Assembly (NCBI GenBank): GCA_964291675.2
Contig: OZ219866.1
Coordinates: forward strand, 544,001 to 608,000
Length of the DNA stretch: 64,000 nucleotides
Direction of reading: 5' to 3'
Source of the DNA: Alphaproteobacteria bacterium
GTDB lineage: Bacteria; Pseudomonadota; Alphaproteobacteria; MPNO01
Positions 26,452 through 36,884 of the stretch are shown here, piece by piece. Position numbers and translations under genes: made by a program. Positions within the stretch are counted from its first letter, which is position 1. Every line of letters starts with the position of its first letter. The notes beneath the pieces are model-generated. The model was not told the origin of the DNA. It worked only from the letters and a program-made list of their open reading frames with translations, and did not search any database.

Positions 26452-28809
26452 GGCGACCTCGTCCGCGGCGCGCTTTCTGCGCGTCTGGAAGCCGTGCCAG
26501 GCGATCCACAGCGCCGCCGCGGCAATGGCGGGTCCGTAGACCGTGCTGTCGCTGGAAATCACCAACACAGCGAGCGCCAGCCTGAGCCCGATCTCCCAGA
26601 GCGGCAGCGCCGCCCGGTCGAACCTCGCGAGCGCGCTGGCCAGCAGGTAGAGCGCCAGCACGAGACGCGCGAGCAGCCACAAGAGCGGCAACAATTCCAC
26701 GCTGCCGTCATATCCCGGCAGATAGGCGATTTGGGCGCCGGTCGATGTCGGGTCGACGACCGCCTCCTCGATCAGCAGCAGCTCGGGATAGACTGCGAAG
26801 ACGAACGGTATGACGAAGATGACGATTCCCGATCTGACCGCGGAAAAACCGGTCGCCATCGGCTCGGCCTTGGTGATCGAGCTCGCCGCGAAGGCGGCCA
26901 GCGCTACCGGCGGCGTGATCGCCGAGGCCACCGCGAAATAGAAGATGAACATGTGCGCGGTGAAGATCGAGACCCCGAGCCCGGCGAGCACCGGCCCCAT
27001 CAAGAGGGCCACATTGACGTATGCCGGCACCGCCGGCATCCCCATGCCGAGGAGGACCGCGAGCAGCATGGTCATCGCCAGCGCCATGAACTGGAAGACC
27101 ACCGAGCCGCCCGCCCCCAGGTTGAGGCTCTGTAGCCACTGCAGCACGTCGAGCGAGATGAAGAAGGGAAGGCCGGTCAGCTTGAGGCAGAAATCGATGA
27201 TCGAGACCGCGAGGAACATCAGGTAGAGCGTGGAAATCAGCACGCCCGCGTCCGAGAATGCATCGAGCAGCTTGCGCGGCCGCGCTCGCATCTCCGGATC
27301 GAGGAACAGGAGCACGCATAAGAGGGCGACCGCCCACCAGCCGGCGCTTCCCGCATCGCCGGCGGCGTTCTGCAACAGCTTCAGGAACCACGGCAGCTCG
27401 GAGACCCTGCACACCCCGTCGACGAACGCGCGCTCGGCGCCGAGCAGCCCGTCGAACCAGCCGCAGCCCACGTTCTCCTTCGAGGTGAGCAGCAGAAACA
27501 GGATGACCAGGATCGGCCCGAAGATCATCATCAGGTTGTAGATGTCCTGGCGCGAGAGGTGCATTTCCTCGGTCAGCGCGCCGAAGGCCTCGATGTTCTG
27601 CTTGCGCGACTGGAAGACCGCCGACAGGAACAGGCAGATAAAATAGGCGATGGCGGGGATCGCTGCGGCGACGATGACCTCGCTGTAGGGAACCGCGGTG
27701 AGCGCCGCGAGCACGAAGGCCGCGACCCCCATCACCGGCGGCATGATCGAGCCGCCGGACGAGGCGGCGGCCTCCATCCCCCCGGCGAAGACCGGGGAAA
27801 ACCCGCGCCTGATCATCATGGGAATCGTCAGCACCCCGGTGGAGAGCACGTTGACGATCGGCCCGCCCGAGATCGTGCCGAACATGGCGGACGAGACGAT
27901 GGCCGCGTGCGCCGGCCCGCCCCGGAGCCGGCGCGTCCAGCGGAAGGCGAGCTTGATCAGCGACCGGCCGCCGGCCGAGGCGCCGAACAGGGCGCCCAGG
28001 ATCAGATAGGGGAAGATCTCGTTGAGGATGATGTCCATGAAGCGGCCGAGCAGGCCCGAGGCGTTGTTGGTCAGGATGTCATGGACCCTGGGCCGCCCGT
28101 CCCCGAAGGATCGCGGTTCGCCGCCGAGCTTGGTCACCAGATACTTGTCGATACCCTCGACGCCGAAAAAATACCAGACGAGCACGGTGCCGATGGTGTA
28201 GGCCGCGACCAGCAGTGCGACCAGGACCAGGGGGAAGCCCCAGACCTTGATGTTGTAGGTAAGGAAGACGACGATCGCGAGCCCGACGATCGCCACGATC
28301 CAGCCCTCGGTGGTGTAGAGGCATTGCGGGTCCTCCACCGTTTCGGGCTCGGGCAGGCCGAAGATCTCGGCGTTCTCCTTCTCGATCTTCAGGCTCTCGG
28401 CGATCAACAGGGCGCGGTCGCCGGTGATCCGGTCGATGGCGCAGACCGCGTCGATCTCGACGACGTAAGTGAGCGAAATGCCGATCGCGGTGATCACCAG
28501 GGCGAGGTCCATGAACAGGCCGAAGCCGCGGCGGAGCGGGCTCTTGCCGGCCCACGAGCGCCACATCGAGTGGTGCAGCGCGACCGTCAGCATCATCAAC
28601 GCGAAGAACAGCGGGTAGTAGTACTCGAACGGAAACTTGCGGATGATGAAGTGGGGATCGCCGGTGAGGTCCTTGACCCAGTCGTCGAGGCCCGGGATCC
28701 CCGGCATCGCGTTGAGCAGACCGATCAGGACCAGCGCGATCGCCAGAAAGTAGACGACGCGCTCGCTCAAGCCCTTGCGGAAGGAACGCAGGGGTTCCGG
28801 CTCGGTCAC
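26440..28809 (-). CDS. TRAP transporter 4TM/12TM fused permease (TAXI-associated)
   Basis: RGGPAHAAIVSSAMFGTISG, EAAASSGGSIMPPVMG, LGMGMP, HMFIFYFAVASAITPPVA. Confidence 0.92.
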   Translation of the reverse strand: MTEPEPLRSFRKGLSERVVYFLAIALVLIGLLNAMPGIPGLDDWVKDLTGDPHFIIRKFPFEYYYPLFFALMMLTVALHHSMWRSWAGKSPLRRGFGLFMDLALVITAIGISLTYVVEIDAVCAIDRITGDRALLIAESLKIEKENAEIFGLPEPETVEDPQCLYTTEGWIVAIVGLAIVVFLTYNIKVWGFPLVLVALLVAAYTIGTVLVWYFFGVEGIDKYLVTKLGGEPRSFGDGRPRVHDILTNNASGLLGRFMDIILNEIFPYLILGALFGASAGGRSLIKLAFRWTRRLRGGPAHAAIVSSAMFGTISGGPIVNVLSTGVLTIPMMIRRGFSPVFAGGMEAAASSGGSIMPPVMGVAAFVLAALTAVPYSEVIVAAAIPAIAYFICLFLSAVFQSRKQNIEAFGALTEEMHLSRQDIYNLMMIFGPILVILFLLLTSKENVGCGWFDGLLGAERAFVDGVCRVSELPWFLKLLQNAAGDAGSAGWWAVALLCVLLFLDPEMRARPRKLLDAFSDAGVLISTLYLMFLAVSIIDFCLKLTGLPFFISLDVLQWLQSLNLGAGGSVVFQFMALAMTMLLAVLLGMGMPAVPAYVNVALLMGPVLAGLGVSIFTAHMFIFYFAVASAITPPVALAAFAASSITKAEPMATGFSAVRSGIVIFVIPFVFAVYPELLLIEEAVVDPTSTGAQIAYLPGYDGSVELLPLLWLLARLVLALYLLASALARFDRAALPLWEIGLRLALAVLVISSDSTVYGPAIAAAALWIAWHGFQTRRKRAADEVASGS

Positions 28810-28875
28810 GGGACTATTCGCCCTCGGCGGGCGGGAGGACCTCGGCCGACGCTCGGCCCTCCCGATCGAGACAGG

Positions 28876-29922
28876 CTACGGCTTCGCGCAATCGGCGATC
28901 TTGTGGCCCGCCTCCTCCCACGCCGCCACCGCCCCCGGGTGGTACTTGGCGGGCATCGGGCCGCACATGCCGGTGATCGCGGGGTCGGTCTCGCCGATGG
29001 CGGTGTACTTCATGAACGGCGCCTTGTTCTTGTAGACCTCGACGTTGTCGATAAACACCTTGGTAAGCGCCTTGGCCAGCTTGAAGTCCATCGAAACGTG
29101 CACCATCTCGCCGCCGATCGGCGCAGGGCTGCGGTAGACGCCGTCCTCCGAGACGATGGTCAGCCCCTTCATCGGCTTTACCGTCTTGAGGTCGACGACG
29201 AAGGGCGCGGTTCCGGGCGACTTGAGGAATTTCCGCATGGCCTTGGAGTTCCAAGTCTTCAGCGGCACCGACCACAGCGTGATGCTGCCGGACCCGAGCG
29301 AGCGGGTGATCCTTGTGTCGGGGAACGCGACCGGCAGAACCATGGCATCGCCGGTGCCGTCGGTGATGGTCTTGACCATCTGGCCCCAGTTGGACTGCAC
29401 GCCCTTGTAGTCCTTGCCGTCGACATAGCCGGTCACCAGGCGGACCAGGTGGCGGGCGGTGGTCAGCGCGGCGCCGCGCGGCGGGCCGTTGACGATGGTC
29501 TTGCCCTTGATGTCCTTCCAGCCCTTCACGCTCGACGAGTCGAAGGCATAGAGCCCGTAGCCGCCATAGCGATAGGTGTAGAGCACGGCCACCTGGGAGG
29601 CGAGCTCGGCGCCCTTCTGCTTGCCGAGCTTGGCGTAGGGGCCGGCCCCCTTGGACAACAGGAAGGGCAGGATGAAGGGCACCGCCGCGAGGTCGGTCTT
29701 TTTCTGCGCCACGTTCTGCAGCGAGTTGGTCAGGGTCTGGCCCTCGGCGACCTGGAAATTGGCGACGCCCGCACCCGATGCGACTTCCGCCAGGGTGACG
29801 ACCGCCGTATGGGGCGTGGCGCCGGCGCTGCCGGTCTCCGCCGTCAACATCTGCTGCGCGTTGGCGGAAACGGCGAGAGCCATCGCCGCCGCCAGGCTCG
29901 GTAACGCAAGTCTCCTGGACAT
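28876..29922 (-). CDS. TAXI-family TRAP substrate-binding protein (copy 1)
   Basis: Signal peptide ending ANA-Q; C-terminal YHPGAVAAWEE; adjacent to the fused permease. Confidence 0.85.
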   Translation of the reverse strand: MSRRLALPSLAAAMALAVSANAQQMLTAETGSAGATPHTAVVTLAEVASGAGVANFQVAEGQTLTNSLQNVAQKKTDLAAVPFILPFLLSKGAGPYAKLGKQKGAELASQVAVLYTYRYGGYGLYAFDSSSVKGWKDIKGKTIVNGPPRGAALTTARHLVRLVTGYVDGKDYKGVQSNWGQMVKTITDGTGDAMVLPVAFPDTRITRSLGSGSITLWSVPLKTWNSKAMRKFLKSPGTAPFVVDLKTVKPMKGLTIVSEDGVYRSPAPIGGEMVHVSMDFKLAKALTKVFIDNVEVYKNKAPFMKYTAIGETDPAITGMCGPMPAKYHPGAVAAWEEAGHKIADCAKP

Positions 29923-30006
29923 GATTCCCTCCTGAGGTCTCGGGTCGTTGTTCAGCCGTTGCGTGGGAGGCCGCCGGGGATGCGCGGCCCTCCGTTCTGG
30001 CCTGGA

Positions 30007-31053
30007 TTACGGCTTAGCGCAGTCGGGGACCTTGCGGCCGGCATCTTCCCACGCCGCGACGGCGCCCGGGTGATACTTCACCGGCACCGCGCCGCACATC
30101 CCGGTCTTCGCCGCATCGATCTCGCCGACGCCGGAAAACACCATATAGGGCGCCTTCTTGCCATACGCGTCCAGATTGTCGAGGAACGCCTTGGTGAGCG
30201 CCTTCGCCACCTTGAAGTCCATCGACGCGTGCACCATTTCGGCACCCATCGTCGCCGGGCTGCGCCAGACCCCGTCCTCGGATGCGACCGTCAGCCCCTT
30301 CATCGGCTTCACGGATTTGAGGTCGACGACGAAGGGGGCGATACCCGGCGCCTTCAGGTATTTCCGCATGGGCTTGGAGTTCCATACCTCGATCGGCACC
30401 GACCACAACGTGATGCTGCCGGACCCAAGCGAACGGGTGATCCTTGTGTCGGGGAACGTGATCGGCAGGACCATGGCGTCGCCGGTGCCGTCGGTGATGG
30501 TCTTGACCATCTGGCCCCAGTTGGACTGCACGCCCTTGTAGTCCTTTCCGTCGGAATAGCCGGTGACCAGCCTGACCAGCGCCCGGGCGATGGTCAGCGC
30601 CGCGCCGCGCGGCGGGCCGTTGACGATGGTCTTGCCCTTGATGTCCTTCCAGCCCTTCACGCTCGACGAGTCATAGGCGTAGAGCCCGTAGCCGCCATAG
30701 CGGTAGGTGTAGAGCACCATCGTGTTGGCGGCGAGCTCGGCGCCCTTCTCCTTGCCCAGCTTGGCGTAGGGACCGGCGCCCTTCGACAACAGGAAGGGCA
30801 GGATCAGGGGCACGGCCGCCACGTCCGTCTTGCGCTGGGCCACGTTCTGCAGCGAGTTGGTCAGGGTCTGGGAGTCGGCGACCTGGAAGTTGGCGATACC
30901 GGCCCCCGCGGCGAGCTCGGCGAGGGTCGTGACGGCGGTATGGGGCGCGCTGCCGATACTCGCGGTTTCCGCGGTCAGCATCGTCTGGGCGCTGGCGGAA
31001 ACCGCGAACGTCATGGTTGCCGCCAGGGCGACTAGGGTGGCTGTTCTTGACAT
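30007..31053 (-). CDS. TAXI-family TRAP substrate-binding protein (copy 2, tandem paralog)
   Basis: Same length (348 aa) as copy 1, with long identical blocks; GAAGG RBS before the ATG at 31053. Confidence 0.85.
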   Translation of the reverse strand: MSRTATLVALAATMTFAVSASAQTMLTAETASIGSAPHTAVTTLAELAAGAGIANFQVADSQTLTNSLQNVAQRKTDVAAVPLILPFLLSKGAGPYAKLGKEKGAELAANTMVLYTYRYGGYGLYAYDSSSVKGWKDIKGKTIVNGPPRGAALTIARALVRLVTGYSDGKDYKGVQSNWGQMVKTITDGTGDAMVLPITFPDTRITRSLGSGSITLWSVPIEVWNSKPMRKYLKAPGIAPFVVDLKSVKPMKGLTVASEDGVWRSPATMGAEMVHASMDFKVAKALTKAFLDNLDAYGKKAPYMVFSGVGEIDAAKTGMCGAVPVKYHPGAVAAWEDAGRKVPDCAKP

Positions 31054-31184
31054 CGAACCTTCCTGATTCGTCGAGTGGTGGACTGATCGCATTCTATAGA
31101 GGCATCGACCCGGCGGGGAAGCGCCCGCGCCCCGCCGATCCGGGCGGATTCCGGAGCTTGACGGACCCGCCGACGGGCTCGGCG

Positions 31185-34100
31185 TCAGGCCGCCGGTCCG
31201 TAGCCTCCGCCGCCCGGCGTCTCGATGACGAAGCGGTCGCCCGCGTTCATCTGGGTCATGTCGGTGCCGGTGAGCTCGTCGACCGTGCCGTCGGCGCGCT
31301 CGACATAGTTGCGGCCCGTCTTGCCCGGCCTGCCGCCGGCCGCGCCGAAGGGCGGCACGCGGCGGTGGCTGGAGACGATCGCCGCCGTCATCGGCGCCTG
31401 GAACAGCACCTTGCGGACGATCCCGTTGCCGCCCTTCTGCGCGCCGTCGCCGCCCGAACCGTCGCGGATGGAGAAGGACTCCAGCACCACCGGGAAGCGC
31501 CATTCGAGGATCTCGGGGTCGGTGGCGCGGGTGTTGGTCATGTGGGTGTGGACCGCGTGCGCGCCATCGAAACCCGGCCCGGCGCCGGCGCCGCCGCAGA
31601 TGGTCTCGTAGTTCTGGTATCCCGCGTTGTCGCCGAAGGTGAAGTTGTTCATCGTCCCCTGGCCGGCCCCCATGATGCCGAGCGCGCCGATCAGCGCGTT
31701 GGTCACGGCTTGCGAGGTCTCGACATTGCCGGCGACCACGGCGGCCGGGTAGCGCGGGGCCAGCATGCAGCCCTCGGGGATGATCACCCTGAGCGGCTTG
31801 AGACAGCCGGCATTCAGCGGGATCTCGTCGTCCACCATCAGCCGGAACACGTAGAGCACCGCCGCCATGCACACCGACGACGGCGCGTTGAAGTTGCTGT
31901 TCTGCTGCTCCGACGTCCCGGTGAAGTCGATGATCGCCTCGCGCTTCTCGCGGTCGACCTCGATGTCGACGCAGATCTTCGCGCCCGAATCCATCTCGTA
32001 TTCGTAAGCCCCGTCGGTCAGCACGCCGAGCACCCGGCGGACGCATTCCTCGGCGTTGTCCTGGACGTGCTTCATATAGGCGTGGACCACGTCGAGCCCG
32101 AAATGGGCGACCATCTTGCGGAGCTCCTGGACGCCCTTCTCGTTGCCCGCGATATGCGCCTTGAGGTCGGCGAGGTTGTTCTTGAAGTTGCGCGTCGGGT
32201 ACGGCGCGCCGGTGAACAGCGCCTCGGTCTCCTTCTCCAGCAGCCGCCCGCCCGAGACCAGCTGGAAGTTGTCGATCAGCACGCCTTCCTCGTCGATATG
32301 CGTGGAATCGGGCGGCACCGAGCCCGGCGTGGTGCCGCCGATATCGGCGTGGTGGCCGCGCGCGGCGACCCAGAACAGGATGTCGTTGCCGGCCTCGTCG
32401 AATACCGGGGTGATCACCGTCACGTCGGGCAGATGGGTGCCGCCGTTATAGGGCGTGTTCAGCATGAACACGTCGCCCGGGACGATGGTGCCGGCGCGCT
32501 GCTCGGCCACGGTCCGCACGCTCTCGCTCATCGAGCCGAGATGGACCGGGATGTGCGGCGCGTTGGCGACCAGGCTGCCATCGGGCCCGAAGATCGCGCA
32601 GGAGAAGTCGAGCCGCTCCTTGATGTTCACCGAATACGAGGTGTTCTGCAGCACCACCCCCATCTGCTCGGCGATCGACATGAAGAGGTTGTTGAACACC
32701 TCCAGCATCACCGGATCGACCTCGGTGCCGACCGAGGCCTGACCCGGCCTGGGCACGACGCGGTTGAGGATCATCTGGTCGAACCGGTTGATCTCGGCCG
32801 CCCAGCCGGGCTCGACCACGGTGGTCGCGTTGGCCTCGATGATCACCGCGGGGCCGCTCACCTTGCAGCCGGGCTTCATCGCCTGCCGGTCGTAGAGCCG
32901 GGTCGCGCGGCTCTCGCCCGCCATGTAGGTCTCGACCTCGTCGACCGGCGGCGGCGCCTCGGCGGCGCCGGTCTCGAGCGCCGGATCGACCACGTCGGGC
33001 GCGCCCGCGATCACCTCGACGGTGACCGCCTCGACGATGTGGTTCTTCTCCGGCGCGATGAAGCCGTATTGCAGGTGATGCGCCGCCTCGAACTCGGCGA
33101 CGATGCTCTTGCGGTCGGCGAAGTCGACGATCAGCGGCGAATCCGTCCCCTCGTAGCGCAGATGCACCTTGCGCAGCGCGTAGGTGCGCGCGGGGTCGCC
33201 GCCCTGGCGCGCCATCTCGGTGCGGCCCTCGCCCTCCATCCCGTCGAGCGTCTTGCCGACGTCTTCCAGCAGCGCATCGTCGAGGATCGCCTCGACGGCG
33301 CGCTCGCGCATCACCCGAAGGTCGGCGAGCCCCATGCCGTAGGCCGAAAGCACGCCGGCGAAGGGGTGGATGAACACGCGGCCGATGCCGAGCGAGTCGG
33401 CGACCAGGCAGGCGTGCTGCCCGCCCGCCCCGCCGAAGCAGTTGAGCGTGTAGCCGGTCACGTCGTGGCCGCGCTGGATCGAGATCTGCTTGATCGCCTT
33501 GGCCATGTTCTCGACCGCGATCATCAGGAAGCCGTCGGCGACCTCGACCGGGGAGCGTGCATCGCCGGTCTCGCGCTCGATCTCGGCGGCCAGCGCCGCG
33601 AACTTTTGGCGCACCGCGTCTTCGTCGAGCGGCTCGTCGGCGCCCGGGCCGAACACCCTGGGGAAGAAGCTCGCGCGGATCTTGCCCACCATCACGTTGG
33701 CGTCGGTCACGCAGAGCGGCCCGCCCCTGCGGTAGCAGGCCGGGCCCGGGTTGGCGCCCGCCGAGTCCGGGCCGACCCGGTAGCGCGTGCCGTCGAAATG
33801 GAGGATCGAGCCGCCGCCGGCGGCAACCGTGTGGATCTGCATCATCGGCGCGCGCATGCGCACCCCGGCGACCAGGGTCTCGAAGGAGCGCTCGTACTCG
33901 CCGTCGTAATGCGCAACGTCGGTCGAGGTGCCGCCCATGTCGAAGCTGACGATCTTGTCGTAGCCCGCCATCGCCGACGTCCTGACGGCGCCGACGATGC
34001 CGCCCGCCGGACCCGACAGGATGCTGTCCTTGCCGCGGAAGAAGCGCGCATCCGCGAGCCCGCCGTTCGACTGCATGAACATCAGCCGGGTCTCGCCGAG

Positions 34101-34805
34101 CTCCTGTCGGATGCGGTCGACATAGCGCCTGAGGATGGGCGAGACATAGGCGTCGACGACGGTGGTGTCGCCGCGCCCGACCAGCTTCATCAGCGGGCTC
34201 ACCTCGTGCGAGACCGAGATTTGGCTGAAGCCCACCTCGCGGGCGAGCCTCGCTACCTGGATCTCGTGGTCGTGGTGGCGGTAGCCGTGCACGAACACCA
34301 CCGCGACCGACTCGATGCCGTCGCGCTTGGCCTGCTCCAGCGCCTCGCGGGCGCCGTCGAGATCGACCGGCACCAGGACGTCTCCGTCGGCCGAACAGCG
34401 CTCGTCGATCTCGATCACGCGCTCGTACAGCAGCTCCGGCAGCACGATATGCCGCGCGAAGAGCAGGGGACGGTTCTGGTAGCCGATACGGAGCGCGTCG
34501 CGGAACCCCCTGGTGATCAGCAGGACGGTGCGGTCGCCCTTGCGCTCCAGCAGCGCGTTGGTCGCGACCGTGGTTCCCATCTTGACCGTGTCCACGGCTT
34601 CGGCCGGGATCTCGGCCGCCGGATCGATTCCCAGCAGGTCGCGGATGCCCTGAAGCGCCGCGTCCTCGTAGCGCTCCGGGTTCTCCGACAGGAGCTTGTG
34701 GGTGACCAGCTCGCCGCCCGGTTTTTGCGCGACGAAGTCGGTAAACGTCCCGCCGCGGTCGATCCAGAACTGCCAGCGGCCGTTGCGCACAGAAGCATCG
34801 CTCAC
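31185..34805 (-). CDS. Fused hydantoinase A/B, ATP-dependent 5-oxoprolinase type
   Basis: [74 protein letters not shown]. Confidence 0.93.
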   Translation of the reverse strand: MSDASVRNGRWQFWIDRGGTFTDFVAQKPGGELVTHKLLSENPERYEDAALQGIRDLLGIDPAAEIPAEAVDTVKMGTTVATNALLERKGDRTVLLITRGFRDALRIGYQNRPLLFARHIVLPELLYERVIEIDERCSADGDVLVPVDLDGAREALEQAKRDGIESVAVVFVHGYRHHDHEIQVARLAREVGFSQISVSHEVSPLMKLVGRGDTTVVDAYVSPILRRYVDRIRQELGETRLMFMQSNGGLADARFFRGKDSILSGPAGGIVGAVRTSAMAGYDKIVSFDMGGTSTDVAHYDGEYERSFETLVAGVRMRAPMMQIHTVAAGGGSILHFDGTRYRVGPDSAGANPGPACYRRGGPLCVTDANVMVGKIRASFFPRVFGPGADEPLDEDAVRQKFAALAAEIERETGDARSPVEVADGFLMIAVENMAKAIKQISIQRGHDVTGYTLNCFGGAGGQHACLVADSLGIGRVFIHPFAGVLSAYGMGLADLRVMRERAVEAILDDALLEDVGKTLDGMEGEGRTEMARQGGDPARTYALRKVHLRYEGTDSPLIVDFADRKSIVAEFEAAHHLQYGFIAPEKNHIVEAVTVEVIAGAPDVVDPALETGAAEAPPPVDEVETYMAGESRATRLYDRQAMKPGCKVSGPAVIIEANATTVVEPGWAAEINRFDQMILNRVVPRPGQASVGTEVDPVMLEVFNNLFMSIAEQMGVVLQNTSYSVNIKERLDFSCAIFGPDGSLVANAPHIPVHLGSMSESVRTVAEQRAGTIVPGDVFMLNTPYNGGTHLPDVTVITPVFDEAGNDILFWVAARGHHADIGGTTPGSVPPDSTHIDEEGVLIDNFQLVSGGRLLEKETEALFTGAPYPTRNFKNNLADLKAHIAGNEKGVQELRKMVAHFGLDVVHAYMKHVQDNAEECVRRVLGVLTDGAYEYEMDSGAKICVDIEVDREKREAIIDFTGTSEQQNSNFNAPSSVCMAAVLYVFRLMVDDEIPLNAGCLKPLRVIIPEGCMLAPRYPAAVVAGNVETSQAVTNALIGALGIMGAGQGTMNNFTFGDNAGYQNYETICGGAGAGPGFDGAHAVHTHMTNTRATDPEILEWRFPVVLESFSIRDGSGGDGAQKGGNGIVRKVLFQAPMTAAIVSSHRRVPPFGAAGGRPGKTGRNYVERADGTVDELTGTDMTQMNAGDRFVIETPGGGGYGPAA

Positions 34806-34996
34806 GTCGGCACCCCATCCCCGTATTGCGGTCCTGAACCGGCATAAGCCGCGGGCTTCGCGCGAGCCCACGGCGCCGCGGCGCCGTTCCGCTTCCGGCC
34901 GTCCGCGATTACCCGGTCTGATACTATCTTTGCCGCGATGATACAATTTCCCCGCCGCGGACGCGAAGCGGGCGGAGCAGGGTTGTCGGGGGCATC

Positions 34997-36313
34997 ATGG
35001 ACGACGCGAGGCAGACGGCGCCAGGCGATCTCTGGGTCGATGCGGCGGCCGGCACGGTGAGCCGCGCGGCCTTCGTGAGCGACGACGTGTTCCGCCTCGA
35101 GCTCGACCGCATCTTTCACCGGCTCTGGGTCTTCCTCGCCCATGACAGCGAGATCCCCGGCCGGGGCGACTATGTGGTGCGCAGCATGGGCAGCGTGCCG
35201 GTGCTCGTCGTGCGCGGCTCCGACGGCGAGGTGCGCGTGCTGCTCAACTCGTGCCGCCATCGCGGCACCAAGCTGTGCCGGGGCGAGGCCGGCAACGCGC
35301 GCCACTTCGTCTGCCCCTATCACGGCTGGAGCTATGCGCTCGACGGCGGGCTGATCGCCACCGGCTACGAGGATCGCCTGCCGCCGGAGATGGACAAGGC
35401 GGATTGGGGGCTGGTGCCGGTGCCCCGGCTGGAAACCTACAAGGGGCTCGTCTTCGCCGCGTGGGATCCGGGCGTTCCCGCGCTCCGCGACTATCTCGGC
35501 GACATCGCCTGGTATCTCGACACGCTGTTCTGGCGCTCGCCGCGCGGGATGGAGGTGCTTGCCCCGCCGCATCGCTGGCGCGTGCGGGCCAACTGGAAGA
35601 GCGGCGCGCTCAACTTCATCGGCGACAGCCAGCACGTGCGCACCACCCATGCCGGTCCGATCACGCTCGACCGGGTGCGCTCGGAGAAGGACGGCTTCTA
35701 CGTGACCGGCGGGGACAGCTTCCAGGTCGTTACCGATCAGGGCCATGGCTGCACCCTCACCTACCTCGCCCCCGGCATGAAGGAGGAGAATTACCTAACC
35801 CACCCGCCGGCGCTCGGCGCGGCCTATGCGGAGACGCTGAGCGCGGACCAGCTCGCGATGCTGCACCACCTCAGGGTCTTCGTCGGCAACGTGTTTCCCA
35901 ATTTCTCGTTCATCGAGTCCCAGGTCGCGCTCGGCGAGAAGGCGGTCATCGTCCGCCAGTGGCAGCCGCTCGGCGGCACCGAGATGGAGGTGCTCAGCTG
36001 GGTGCTGGCCGAGCGCGAGGCCGACGACGGCTACAAGCAGCGCGCGCTCAGGCACGGCTTCCACAATTTCGGCGCGGCGGGGGTGTTCGAGCAGGACGAT
36101 CTGGAGATCTGGGCCTCGGCGACCCAGGCGAGCGACAACCCGATCGCGCAGCGCTACCCCTACAGCTTCCATTCGAGCCTTCCCTTCGACCGGTCGCCCT
36201 GCGCGTCGGGGACGCGGCCGGGAATCACCTATCGGCGCTCCGATACCGAGGTCGCGCAGTTCGCCTTCATGCGGCACTGGCAGGCGGCCATGGGTTCCCC
36301 CGACCGGGCATGA
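34997..36313 (+). CDS. Rieske aromatic ring-hydroxylating dioxygenase alpha subunit
   Basis: NSCRHRG...CPYHGWSY Rieske motif; NWK...DSQHVRTTH and FEQDD mononuclear Fe ligands. Confidence 0.92.
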   Translation: MDDARQTAPGDLWVDAAAGTVSRAAFVSDDVFRLELDRIFHRLWVFLAHDSEIPGRGDYVVRSMGSVPVLVVRGSDGEVRVLLNSCRHRGTKLCRGEAGNARHFVCPYHGWSYALDGGLIATGYEDRLPPEMDKADWGLVPVPRLETYKGLVFAAWDPGVPALRDYLGDIAWYLDTLFWRSPRGMEVLAPPHRWRVRANWKSGALNFIGDSQHVRTTHAGPITLDRVRSEKDGFYVTGGDSFQVVTDQGHGCTLTYLAPGMKEENYLTHPPALGAAYAETLSADQLAMLHHLRVFVGNVFPNFSFIESQVALGEKAVIVRQWQPLGGTEMEVLSWVLAEREADDGYKQRALRHGFHNFGAAGVFEQDDLEIWASATQASDNPIAQRYPYSFHSSLPFDRSPCASGTRPGITYRRSDTEVAQFAFMRHWQAAMGSPDRA

Positions 36314-36831
36314 CCGGCGATCCACCCGCCATCGCTTCGGACGATGCGGCGTTCGTCGAGGTGCTGCGCTTTCTCCATCGCGAAGCCGCGCTGCTCGACG
36401 GCCGCGACTACGACGCCTGGCTCGGCCTGCTGACCGGCGACATCCGCTATGTCGTGACCGCCCGCGTCTCGCGCCCGGCCGAGCAGGGGCCGCTCGACAC
36501 CGCCATCGTCGACGAGGACGCGGACACGCTCAGGCTGCGGGTCCGCCAGATCGCGGATCCGAAGCTCACCTGGGCCGAGAACCCGGCGACGCTGACGCGG
36601 CGCTTCGTCTCGAATCTCGAAGTCGAGGATGCGGACCCCCCGAACCGCCATGTCGCGTACAGCAACCTGCTGGTCTACCGGCAGCGCGGGACGGCGCCCG
36701 ACGGCGACTTCTACGCCGGACGCCGGAGGGACGTGCTGCGGCGCGTCGGCGGGTCGCTGCAAATTGCCGACCGCCTGGTCCGGCTCGACCACAACGTCCT
36801 GTTCGACGGATCGCTCAGCATCGTTCTCTAG
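36310..36831 (+). CDS. Aromatic ring-hydroxylating dioxygenase beta subunit
   Basis: FLHREAALLD...WLGLL, WAENPATLTRRFVSN, YAGRRRDVLR; ATGA overlap with the alpha subunit. Confidence 0.9.
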   Translation: MTGDPPAIASDDAAFVEVLRFLHREAALLDGRDYDAWLGLLTGDIRYVVTARVSRPAEQGPLDTAIVDEDADTLRLRVRQIADPKLTWAENPATLTRRFVSNLEVEDADPPNRHVAYSNLLVYRQRGTAPDGDFYAGRRRDVLRRVGGSLQIADRLVRLDHNVLFDGSLSIVL

Positions 36832-36884
36832 CCGCACCCGCCGTGGCATAGTCCGGTCCGGGATACCCGTTGGGAGGAACCGTC

